DNA of 63,491 nucleotides, counting the filler, from Lenisia limosa (taxonomy: Eukaryota > Protista > Breviatea): NCBI GenBank assembly GCA_001655205.1. It is 16 parts of 16 records of this genome, joined end to end, with 100 filler letters (N's around TTAATTAATTAA, not from the genome) between each part and the next. Parts side by side here need not be neighbours in the genome. Positions count along the whole stretch, not along the records: positions 1 to 29,915 come from LPNZ01008654.1; 15 more parts are not named here. One strand, given 5' to 3'. This document shows, one piece after another, positions 12,433 through 24,998 of this stretch. Positions within the stretch are counted from its first letter, which is position 1. Every line of letters begins with the position of its first letter. The notes under the pieces were generated by a model, which saw only the letters and a program-made list of their open reading frames with translations, was not told the DNA's origin and did not search any database. The translations under genes were made by a program, and so were the position numbers.

Positions 12433-15400
12433 ATGGATATAAGGCCTGGCTCTGCAATTTCAGACGTTGAATCGTCGATTAAGTCTTTGGAGTTCTCACT
12501 TGAGGAGGTTGGAACACTATCTACGCCTTCTCTTTAACATTTTTATTCATATAACCTAGGAATTATTTATAGCAATCGAGAACAATGCCGAAGCATCACA
12601 GATCGCCTCTTTGCTGAAGACGGGAGCAGACCCTAATGCCACTCTCATTGATGGAAGGACACCCCTTCATAGGGCTATTGAAATGGTTGGGGCTTATGAC
12701 CTTTTTGCCTTCCTCATTTCTTTTTCATGACACCCACCAACCTGCATTATATTTCACAAATCATGTAATTCTCTTCCCATTTTATGATACATATCATATT
12801 GAACAACATACACTTAATGGTGAGCATTTTCTTCTTTCTTCAATTAAAAAAACTACTCTTTCTGAATGGATTCTGAGGGCCTGGATATTAGTTATCACTC
12901 CATCAATCAGCTTAGAGGGGTTTCAGATTCACGTTCATTTCACCTTTTCATTGCTGACCTACCTGCATTATATTTCACATATCATGTAATAGCGGTTGAA
13001 AGTTATTTATTCTCTTCTCATATACGTCCTCGTTCCTGTGTCTCTCATTTGATATTTTATAAACAACTGATTGCCGTATGTTGACTTCATGGATTTGCTT
13101 TGCTTACAGTTGCAGGGTGGCCACCAAACAGTTGGCCTGCTCTGCGTTGGTGGCGCTGACGCCTCAAAAATGGACTCGCGGGGGCAAAACGCTTTGCATT
13201 TGGCTGTTCGACTCGGACAGGAGCGATCCACAAATGCATTACTTGAATTTTCCGGTGAGGGTAATTTTGTTTTGATTACAAAGTCTGATTATTTTGCTTG
13301 TCAAAAGGGATATACACTACTAGATCTTATTTTGCTCTTTTTTTTTCAACTACTTGACATTTTAGATGTGGATGTGTCAGCGCGAGTGTTTGACCTCTAC
13401 GATTCACCATTGCTTGTAGCCATTCAAGAAAACAAGCCAAGCATCGCCGAAAAACTCCGTAAGTTGTTTTACTCTCGTGGCGTAATTTGATACCCCTAAT
13501 GGGCCTGTATTAATACAGTTTTAGTGGCAGCTGGGGCTGATCCGAACCAAAGATCTCGACTTGGTGTTGTAGGTATGTTGTTTGTACAGTATTATTTTGT
13601 ATGTCTGGGAGATACAACTATACCTTCCTATATCAACAGATTAGTGATAAAAAACCACCTTTTTGGCTTATCATTCTTTTCTGATTTCATTGTTGAAAGG
13701 AAGAAGGGTAGTGGTCAAAAGAACTCTACTCCTTTCTTTATTGAATTCTTGACATTACAACTTAGGAATGACAGCATTGCATTTTGCTGTTTCTAAAGGC
13801 CTTGAGGGTTTGATACCACTTTTGATTAATGCTGGGTTGGTGGGTATATTCAGGTGACAAAAACAATTGAGAGATGCATGAGCGATACCAATGTTCGATC
13901 GGTTCTGTTTATGGTTTTAGTGCAATGATAGAAGCCTGCAATGAATGGGGTGAAACTGCCTTACACCTTGCTGCAGCTGATGTGAGATGAGGGACCAGTG
14001 GAGTATTGTGTGTTTGGAGTCTCAAGCACATAGTACTACTTGGTGTGTTTGGAGTCTCAAGCACACTTGGGGGTTTGGGAAGAGCGGGAATAATTTTTAG
14101 CGTTATATGACGAATGGGAAGTTACTAATCCGGCATGATAATACAAAATGAACATAACGTCTCATTTGCCTCAAATATATCTGCTCTTCTTTTCTGATTT
14201 CTACGTACAATCTAAGTCATTAATTGATTTGTTTTCCAGGGGAGCGACATGGAAATTGACGAGCTGATAGCGCAAGGCGCTGACGTTGACGCAACCGACT
14301 TTAAAGGACGAACCCCGCTTCATCGCGCTGTGGTTAATGTTGACCCTGCTGCTGTGGTTGCCTTATTAGGTAAATAGAGTGGCGTTTGCCTTATTTGGTA
14401 GTTTGTGGTGTATTTTATGAAAGAACAAAATCCGTAATAATCAATAACTCTTCAGCTGCCGGCGCCGTGACAGGATTGACAGACAACTCCGGGCACTCTG
14501 CACTGCAGATCGCGGTCAAATTAGGCCATATCGCTATCATCGATCAGCTGATTAATGCTGGTGGGATGGGTGGGGAATGTGTGCACTGTCAAGTTGCAAC
14601 CAGGGCTCAAATATGTAATAGTATGTCTATGTGATATGAATTAGTGAATAATACAACCTCTGACTTGAAAGGTACCGATCTTGATATGAAAGACTCCAAT
14701 GGGCAGACTGCGTGTCACCATGGTAAGGGTATTGAGTGATAAAGATATGGGGTTTCATCTTTTTTTTTCTTAACTAGGTGAGGCTTTGTATTGGGGGTTC
14801 TTAACTAGGTGAGGCTTTGTATTGGGGGTTCTTAATTATTGGGAGTTTTCAGACGGTCTAATATACCAATACGAGCGTGTGACACCATACGCATCATCGT
14901 TTTAATGGTTTTAGCGGCCTTTTCTGGTAAGCCAGCCGTTTTGAGTGTTTTACTACAAAACGGCGCTAGTGCCAATAGTCGTGACGCTTCAGGGTCCAAG
15001 CCATGTCATTTGGGTGGGGGGGGGGGGNNNNNNNNNNNNNNNNNNNNNNNNNNNNNNNNNNNNNNNNNNNNNNNNNNNNNCACCTCAATTAAGGAAGGAC
15101 ACGGTCCAGTATTCTTTCAGAACCTGAATATATGTATTATGCATTCGTCCTCTGCCTCCATTTATTTTTAAGCTGCTTCACTGAAACAACCTTTTATTAC
15201 CACGTTATATTTTACGATATCAGCTGCAGCAAAGGGCCATGTGGACTGTTTGAAGATTCTTGCAGCGGCCGGAGCCGACCTCTGCTCCAAAAACCAGAAG
15301 GGCCAGATGCCAATTGAGGTGGCAAAAGTTGCCGGGAGGGGGTGCTGTTATGAATGGTTTTTGTTTTGAGTTTGTCTTCTTATATTTCCAGCTTAACAAA

Positions 15401-18400
15401 TGTGCACCGTCAGTGATCTCGTTCCTTCGGACTTACCAAGACAAAAAGTCCCTTAGTGCGGCTTATGGAGTAGGCAGCAAGTTTTCTTGGTTGTTATTTT
15501 TAACATTTTCATTAACCCCGTACCACCACCCACCACTCCCATAGCCAATCAACATGAGTTTTTTTGACAGCTTTCTTCCTTGCCCTTCTCCTCCCAGAGT
15601 CGACTAACCTGGTCTTTATGTTTTGTATTAATTTAACCCCCATGTATGTTACAGTTTTTAGCCAATAGAGTTTATTATTATTATTATCAATATCAATTTT
15701 ATTTTGTTTCATACATTCCCATTTCACTTCCCTAGAAGACAAGAACTCCCACTTCTCGATCTTCCCCCCGTCCAAGAACAGCACCTATGAAGTGGGCGGG
15801 GGAATTGAATTGATCAAAAAGGGATTTTTTACCCGTGATTGAGAAAACTCGAGATGAACAGGCAATGTAGTATAATATATGATATCATATATAATTATAT
15901 ATGATATATATAATATATTATATATGTATAGCCGTATGATATGCTCCTCTCTCCTTCATCTCTCCCATCTCCCTCGCCCCTTCACCCTTCCGCTCCCCAT
16001 TTATCCAAAATTATCATTAACAAATAGCGGAGTTGACAGTTTTAGTAAATATGTTGAGTTTGGGCTTGAACAGACCCGAAAACGAGCTCAGAAAGCAAAG
16101 GAAATTTCAGACTCCTCCAAGTCAAGGTCCGCACTACTCTCTGATACTTCCTGTCGTAAACAGGTGGGTTGGCGGAGTGAGAGAAAAGAAGGGTACCTTC
16201 ACGTTCCTAACAAGGAAGTGGGGGCGGAGTAAAACTGCCATGCGTATAATCTGTCATACGTGTTTTTTACCAGTCACTTCTTTACTCGTACAGCCCTGTC
16301 GCAACCCCCAGAAGAAATCCCTGCTTACTGACGAGTCAACAATGCGAATGGTTCGTACCGTGGTTATGAAGATTTTCATATTTACCACCGTGGTTATGAA
16401 GAAGGTGCCCATCTCCCCCTCCAATATTGTCAGCCGACAGAGTTAATTTTGGGTTTTTTGTTTCATAAATTTTTCCAATTTTACCCCCCCCCCCNNNNNN
16501 NNNNNNNNNNNNNNNNNNNNNNNNNNNNNNNNNNNNNNNNNNNNNNNNNNNNNNNNNNNNNNNNNNNNNNNNNNNNNNNNNNAGGAACTTCTCTCCCACC
16601 TCTCTCGCCTCAACTCTCCCCCAGGTATCCATTTAATACTTCCTCAACCAGCATTTGTTATCCCTCTTTTTTCACTGTGTGATCTTGAAGAGGTACTCCG
16701 AGACCATCTTCACGCGAAGCCCACGCGCAGCGTATGAGAGGCATCCAATCCACCCCGTATATTCAGAAACCTAATACCCCTACCCCTCTTCCCGCTGGCA
16801 TTACAAGCCCCAATCGACCAAGTACTGCCCCAAATAGAAATAAAAGGTTGGGGTTTTGTGTTTTATCCAGCTACAATGCTCAACGACAGGAACCTTCGTG
16901 TAATCCTTCATTCCCCCCACTTTAATTGTTCGTTCTCTCATACGAGTGTGTGTTGCCTGCATTAGTATCGTCACAGTGTGTGTTGCCTGCATTAGTATCG
17001 TCATGCATTAGTATCGTCACAGTGTGTGTTGCCTGCATTAGTATCGTCACAGTGTGTGTTGCCTGCATTAGTATCGTCACGGTTCAGAATATCATCAGCC
17101 CAATCCTCTCGTCCTTCGTCCCAACGGACGTCAAGGAACTCAAAACTCTCACAGGTACGCTGCTTTTTCTCAAACAAGGACAATTATTATTTGCTAGTTT
17201 TACACTTAATTGTGTTGTTTCAATTAGTGTCATATAAGAAGATAATATAAAAAAAAGTTAATTTAGATTTAATTTCACATTTATTTTTGTGTTTCCAAGA
17301 AACTAGAATGTGAAAACAACACATAAACGAAATTGATAAGGTGATATCTTGTAAATATTTGGATTCATTTTTCACCCGCTCTCCCCCAGAGTGCATACAG
17401 CCCTCACATGGGTACGCCACCGGCATATCGTCCACGCACAACGTCGGGTCGTGTCCTGTTCTCAGCCTCGCCAGCCTCGCCAAGCCGCCATCTCAGGCTC
17501 AATAACACCGACCCAGGTGGGGATGACTCCATTCATTGCCGTTGCTGTGACATTTTGTCGTATTTTGATTGGTGATAATTTATCCAAACAGGGTCAGGAC
17601 CGGTGGCTGGTACGGAACATGCAGTGCTTGCACAGGGTGGGTTTCCATAATAAAACTTCGGTCTTGACAACTTTTCGTTTGCTCCTCAGTATTAACACTC
17701 AGACTTTCGAGGAGACTATCGATTTATCTAAATGGCATTAAGCCAAAAAAGTTACTATATTAGGCAGTCCTGCCCGACCCGGGGTGCGTGGCAAGCCGCC
17801 ACTGGAAACTGTTGTGAGTTCGGCCGTAATTGGTCCGACGGATGTGGTGACTGCCAGTTATGGCAACTTAAGGCTGCATCAAGACTTGGGAGAGGAGAGT
17901 GATAGGTTGGGAAGATTTCAAATCTGTAACAATGAGGATTGTCAATGTAATTAACTCTTCTTAATGATCTTCCACATTCTCACATTCTATGGTGTCATAC
18001 CTATACAATCATACCATACAACAGCCTTCCATTCAGCTCGGATAAACCACAAAAAGAACCGAAACTGAGCTTAATCTGTGTGATTTTTATAAAAACAATT
18101 ATTTTAAACATAAGAGAGCAATGTGATAATCATATTGATCAAAATCTTCTTAAGTTTTAGTACAAAGTAGTTCAAAAGGTGATGTAACCGAAACTTTTTG
18201 CTCAGATATCCGTGATAATTTTCTGTGTTGGCATCCTGCTTTAACTCATCAGGTCGATTTCAGCTCCACCCGATGATCGTATTTTATCTCGTGATTCCTC
18301 TGCATCTTCTGTATCTCCACATGGCCTTGAACACAAGCCTGCTTTCAATCAAGCTTCCGAAGCTTCCGATAATGAGCTGGACCGGTTGTCTGCACCGGAC

Positions 18401-21270
18401 ATTTCAGATGATGATGATGAGAGATTGCAGAATGGTTGGAAGGATTCTTTATGAGGACAAACACGTCCTAGATACTTTAAAAGCAAAACTACCTTATAAA
18501 CGAATGTAGTATTGTAGACATTTTGTTACACCTTTTATTTACCCCCCTAACCAGAAACAGATCTCAACATTAGTCCGGAGAACTCACCATGTCATCATTC
18601 ACCTCTCTCCGCCACCCTACCTGAATCCATGGCCTCACTGGACCTCAACCCTAGACCGACTCGAAAGTGGGACGGCTTTTTTACTCTTATAATGTAATGG
18701 TACCTTGTGTATAAGTATGGGTGTGTGTGGGGGGGGTGGATGTATATGGCTATGTATGTATCTCCGCTGTATTTCAGTCCTCACAACGCAGCCCCCCAGA
18801 AGCCCCCCNNNNNNNNNNNNNNNNNNNNNNNNNNNNNNNNNNNNNNNNNNNNNNNNNNNNTTATGAGCTTGCTGCAAAAGGTGAGGCGATTCAATTCCAA
18901 TTAGGAAGAAGGGAATTTCGGATGTGGTCGGGGCTAACTCTCCAGACAAATCACCTTCTACCACCAGTCTCCCCGTGAGCGTTGCTTCGTCCACCACCAT
19001 CCCCATGCACCCTTCTCTCTCCCTCAGATCCATGCCAAGTCCCAGGGTGGGCGTTTACGCACTACTGCTTGAATTTTCATTGTATAAACCCCTCATTATC
19101 TATTCCAAATCCCTCAACATTGAATCTATTCCGTCGTCACTTCCGACAGCCGAACCGACGATCCCCTTCACAAGCCTCCCTTCCCGCCTCAGTTACTTCT
19201 GAGTTACGGCAAGGTTGGTCCTAAAAGATTGCATAAAAACACTAGTGTTGCATCTCTGATTTTTTCTGTTATGGATAGAACATGTGATATTTGTTCCCAT
19301 ATCAACCTTATATTGGTTTTTGTTTCATTATTTTGTTTTATTGGACTGGTCTTTCGTCTTTCAATGTGTTGCTTTTTCAAACCCGTGATACGTTTCAAGA
19401 TTTTGAGTTTATAAATGTCGCNNNNNNNNNNNNNNNNNNNNNNNNNNNNNNNNNNNNNNNNNNNNNNNNNNNNNNNNNNNNNNNNNNNNNNNNNNNNNNN
19501 NNNNNNNNNCTCGAAGTTCCCTTTCTGGTCAGCCTTCTGGACGTGACGGTTCGCAGATTTGTGTTTATGAAGGCTTAAAAAGAGTGAATTGATCATACAT
19601 CTTCATACATGTATGGACATGTTTCATATAATACATATCATATAGTATATGATATGATATAATAGTATAGTATACTTTTTCGAACCAAAAGTGATGCCTA
19701 AGTATTGATATTGTATATCATATGATATACTACATGTACTATAATATCTATATGATGAGTCATACTCTCGTACCCTCGTTCACTTCTCCAGAGCAAAACT
19801 CTTCAAGTTGCTCTCATGCGTCAGAAGACTTAACAGGATTATTGAAACAGGCTAAAAATCCGAAGAACATTGATACCAATGTTGTAGCCCACCCCTCAGT
19901 GGTAGAAGGTCCCCTTTTGTCTCCACAGGGTTAGTATATCGATATATTACTCTATATACATAGTATATTATTTACAAAAGAAGTTGAATACCACGTGCCA
20001 TTATAACTCGTGCTCTTCAGTTGAAGAAATACGTTTTCAATTTAATCCCCTACTTGACAAATGGGGGTTATCTTGAGTATTACATTAAGACTTACGTCTC
20101 ATAGGTCAAGCCACACCTGCTGCTTCATCTCATGCCTACGGTGGGGAGTCTTCTACATCCATCCCATCAATGCATGCAGTATCGGGAGAGTCTCTTCCAG
20201 GGTTCCAGGAGTTCAGGTCGGAAGATGTTTTTTTAGCTTCTGCCAAACGCGCTGACCCATCCAGAGAGCCAGAATCCGAGCCCTGTATTTCAGATGATGA
20301 TGCTTCAGAGGCTCTTTCTTCCAGTAGATCCTCATCATTAAACCCAATTGTGGGTTGATGGGAGCAATTGAGACTGTTCCACCAGGACATATGACTTAGT
20401 TTATCTCTTTACGATATTAGGATGATACTGCAGCGTCAGAGTCGCAAATTTTCACGCCCCCCTCTGAGCGAAATCTTGTGAGACCAAGTGACACGCGTCC
20501 GCTTTCTGCCCGCTCTCCCACTGCTAGTATGTTCTGATATTAGTCCCCCCCCCCCCNNNNNNNNNNNNNNNNNNNNNNNNNNNNNNNNNNNNNNNNNNNN
20601 NNNNNNNNNNNNNNNNNNTTGTCTTTTATCACTTCATATCAGCACCATCTTGTCTTATTGTCAAACTTCATTCTTCAGGTCCACCCTTTCACGCAAGGGT
20701 CAGTGTAGATTTTGTTGAAAACGTCTCCTCTTCCGACTCTCTCAATAACCCTTCTTCAACTGAAGAGCGTGAAAACCTTAAGGGTAGGGTGGGGTGTAAG
20801 TTATCCACGTTTCCATTTTATCATTTCAACTTGAGTATTGGATGCAAATTTTCATGTTTTTTTTCCTCGGATATTTTCATGTTTTTTTTTGTATTTTTTT
20901 TTACCTAAATTTCTTTTACCCCCCCCCCCTACAGGTACACATTTGAACACGGAGATAGAACCAAGAAGTTCAATGAAACCTGAAGACCATGAACCAACTG
21001 GAGAACATATCACGTTTGCTGCACAGAATGATGAAGTGGGGGTGGGGAGTTCTCTTGATAAACATAGAAATTTCAATTACTCTTTAATTTCCTTCCCAAT
21101 TCTTGAAAGAATAATATGACCAACATTATCAAATTGCCATTGCACCGCCACGCTCCAGGGTGCCACAACACCTTTTTCTCCCACATTTGCCCAAATTCTT
21201 TTTACCAATGAATCCCTCTGGGTATGTTATTGTCTTTTCAATCCCACAGATGTCTTTTGTCTTTATTTAA
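12433..21270 (+). CDS. Ankyrin-repeat protein with long Ser/Pro-rich C-terminal region (many exons; C-terminal joining tentative)
   Basis: ANK motifs GADPNATLIDGRTPLHRAI, GQNALHLAV, GADVDATDFKGRTPLHRAV, GHSALQIAV; downstream S/P-rich exons can be joined in frame (e.g. 17905 to 18026); it could be two genes splitting near 17954. Confidence 0.7.
16945..17080. repeat. Intronic 30-bp tandem repeat (AGTGTGTGTTGCCTGCATTAGTATCGTCAC) x4 plus one partial unit
   Basis: Near-identical contiguous units with no spacers. Confidence 0.95.
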
Positions 21271-21490
21271 CCTACCCCCGCACTCCAATAGAAAATAATT
21301 GTCACTTCTAGTTTTCCCACCCTGAAGAGTCCACTCCAAGCCTTGCTAGTCTAGCCTCCACCTAACTATTATTTTTTCATTTTCTTATTGTTTGTATTGT
21401 AGTTTCTAGGGTTACTTTATTGTATTTATCATATACTATCTAATATATCTCTTCCTCAAAAGACGTCTTTTGTTAACAAAACACTGAATA

Positions 21491-21813
21491 ACTGTATTGA
21501 TTGAGTAAACTTCTTCATGATTATAATATTACATTAAAACTACTATTAGTGTCAAAATGTTTAAAGGAGATGAACTGCTGGGAACATCTTTGTCTTATAA
21601 GAAAAGCAATTTCAAGCTCTTGAATCTGTTTTTCTTCGATAGAACAACTGTATTGATTGAGTAAACTTCTTCAAGATTAAATAATATTACATTAAATAAA
21701 ACTACTATTAGTGTCAAAATGTTTAAAGGAGATGAACTAACTGCTGAGAACATCTTTGTCTTATAAGAAAAGCAATTTCAAGCTCATGAATTTGTTTTTC
21801 TTTGATAGAACAA
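21491..21813. repeat. ~160-bp tandem duplication covering the stop codon and 3' UTR of the USP gene
   Basis: 21491-21645 and 21646-21813 align with a few substitutions and indels. Confidence 0.9.
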
Positions 21814-24440
21814 CAAATAGCCGCATTCTGAAGAGGCTTGTTCCTGAAAACGGTCAAAACTTGTCCTCAATGTCATACAGTAAATATCATATAAACACTT
21901 TTTTTTTTTATTTAACTTGAAATAGGAAAGCCAGTACAAATTGAAACAGGAAGGGTGGAAATATCAATAATGAACGATTGATAACAGTTCAAAAAGACTT
22001 GTTTTTGAAATGTCTCTACTTTCATACATGTGTTGAACCGAAGAACGACCGAACTTCTGTCTGATTGATCTCCTGAAAAAAGTGAACAAATTGAAGTCAC
22101 ACATGAAAATCAATTTGTGATCACTTAATCAAAGAGATTGTTCTTTCACAAACCTTTACGAAATTATCATCAAACAAAAACCAGCTGTCTCCGCTCTTGG
22201 CAACACACACGTAGTGTCCAACCTATAAAAAATTAGAAAACTCAATCTAATTGAGGTGGAGGACTGGAAAAGATGAAACGTAGCAATCAGCTCCACATCA
22301 TTATCACTCCCAAGAGAATGTAAAGGGCAATATTTGCAAAAAAAAAAATACGTAATCCAAAAAGACATCAAATATGAACAGAATCATGAGGGTCAGGCGG
22401 GAACGCCAATAAATAATGACCATATTGTACCACAAAATTTCTTCCACCAGACACACAGTTGTGCTTGATCCAATGTGTACAACTACTGCGAACAATTCGA
22501 AGGAAGAATCGTTTTCATTGTCTTTCTCTGAGTGCTACATAATAAAATTAATTAAGAATCCGCAATAAGAAGAGGAACCCAAAATACCACCTCTCCCACA
22601 GAAACTGGTATTTTTAGTTCAAAAGGGTAGGTAACTCTGTCACTGACTTTCCGAAGATGAAAATGAGACTCATGATACTTAAAACGCTTCAAGTGGATCT
22701 GAGGGATTAATAACGCCTATTCAAGAAAGGACAAGCCCTGACTCGTATCATTAGAAACTTAAAATACAATCTGAAACATCATGTCTTCAAACTCTTCTTT
22801 ACAGCACTTCCATGGATTATTACACTACTCCTTACGCAGAGAACTTCAGGAAGACTAGAGATCTTTAACCTGAAAGTTGAGAAGCCTGGTGAATCTAATC
22901 TGTACTGACACCACCCCAATCTTGATACACTTTTCGTCAAAATTAGGACTTGCTATGTGGGGATGCACAGTACCATTACAAACCTTTTCTCGGCATTGGT
23001 GAGCTCCTCACAACTGTCACAGAAAAATTGATTTTTCTTGTCCAGTACTTCGACGTTGGAGAAGTTTCGCAGACAGGCAGTGACAGAGGTATTGGGTCCA
23101 ACCTACGGAGTTATAAGAGGGAGGGGTAAAAATAAGAAGGCAGGGGGTGATGGCAAAATATCATTCACTTACCTCTAAACTTAGCTCTAAAAATTTCTCT
23201 TTTCGAAGAGTTAACTAAATCAGTCAAAAAAGAGAGAAAACAAAACAAAATACACTAGTACCGCTCATCTTGCCCCCTCCTCCCAAATACCGAATCACAC
23301 TTGAGACAAAGCGTTTCATTGATAAGAACACCTTCAAATAAGTCGCTTAAACTCTCTACAGAGGTGAATCATCTTTACATTATAGAGTAGGGTTCACTTT
23401 AACTTCAATCTTGTTATTTTACGAGTTTTTTGGAACAAAGGAAGTTGTCAAAAAGAGTCCTTTTTCCAGACACCTTTTTCGGTTTCATTATCTGTCGAGA
23501 TGTTTCCAGTCTGCTTGTCTTCAGTGGTGGTACCTTCCATATCTTTCACTGTTTCGGATGATGTTTCTTCAGTTTCCTTTTCAGTGGTCACCTTCTGTTC
23601 TTTTTTCTGCATTGTTGCCTCTCCAACTACCTAAATCGAGAATGAATAAGATTGTCATAGAAAGTAACAAATTGAAAACTCAATCCACGAACAATAAGAA
23701 CACACAAATGAAAGAATTGGATGCACATACATGTATATATTAATAAAAAATAAACTTCATTAAAAATATCGAGGAATTCATCGCAAACGTTCAGAATATA
23801 ATTGAGAAACTCATGGGCATCATGGTGGATATTCGGTCGAAATTGGGGCGTTTCCTTCTTCAATCTGTAGATAAACCTGAAAGATGACAAGAAGACAAGC
23901 AATATTTGATTCAATATAGCATCTGTGAGTAAAAACAGCGCATTACCAACTTTTTAGGGCTTACAGAACCTGACTTTTGTCTCAAAGCCATCTTGATAGT
24001 AAGAAGGTCATAAAAGAGAAATATGACTTAAATGGCATGCATAGGAAGCCAGCCCCGTCCTACCTGGGTATATAACTCGACAAGGGAGTTAAATATCAAC
24101 TGGTCGCTTGTTGAAGGCTTAATCGGACAGTTGTATGCCAAAACAGCATCCCTGATCATTATCAGTACTTTTCACGACAATGTAAAAGGGCCCGTACGAG
24201 GTAGTCAATAGCAATAGCACAAATAACTACCTAAAGATCTCAGCATGATACAACGCCTGAAGTACACTGTTACAGTAACAGACACTACCAAACTACAAGG
24301 TTACATAAATATCAAAAATAGCTCTTAATCCCAACATTATCAAGTCCAATGTGTAACTCTGATGATACTTCAATATTAACAGGCTCGTCCGTGAGAGCCT
24401 GGCTTTTCTTCCGCTTATCTCGAGACACGTTACCTCCCAT
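21784..24440 (-). CDS. Ubiquitin-specific protease, USP12/USP46-like, multi-exon
   Basis: MGGNVS start; FGSVCYCNSVLQALY (Cys box), HHDAHEFLNYILN, TSVTACLRNFSNVE, HLKRFKY, FAVVVHIG, GHYVCVAK..WFLFDD (His box), SECGYLLFYQ; TGA at 21784-21786. Confidence 0.9.
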
Positions 24441-24998
24441 TGCTTCCTAAATCCTGTCAAATGTGGATTGAAAAGGTGAGTTATGCGTAAATGATAGTAA
24501 AGACAAGATACAAGAAGCAAACTTGTTTTCTGAAACACAAAAAGAAGTGGAACAAGGCAACATTAAAAAAGACACAATTCTACCACCAGTGAGTTAGGGT
24601 AATAACAGGATTGCAATAGAAAGAAAGGGGAATGTCAAAACTGAATCTTACTCGAAAGTAAAAGAGGCAAGTTTACAAGATTGAAGACAAGTAATCTAAC
24701 TTCTCTTTAACCTGTTTTAGCCTTTGACTATCCTATTATCTAATCAGTATCTCATTATCTATCTACAGTACAGAAGTAACGAGTTCCATATGCAGTACAT
24801 GTCGATTTTGATCTTTGATCGATCACGGTGTGCCCTGCTGTTGCCCTACCCAGCCCAAGCGCCCAACCTGCCCTGCCCACACAGCTCCTGCCCTCCCCCT
24901 CCCTCTCAGTCCCCCAATCCATCAGCATCAGCCAGTACACACCTGCCTCAACACACGGTCATTTGACACAGCTGCATTCATCAGACGTCTTAAGACTA

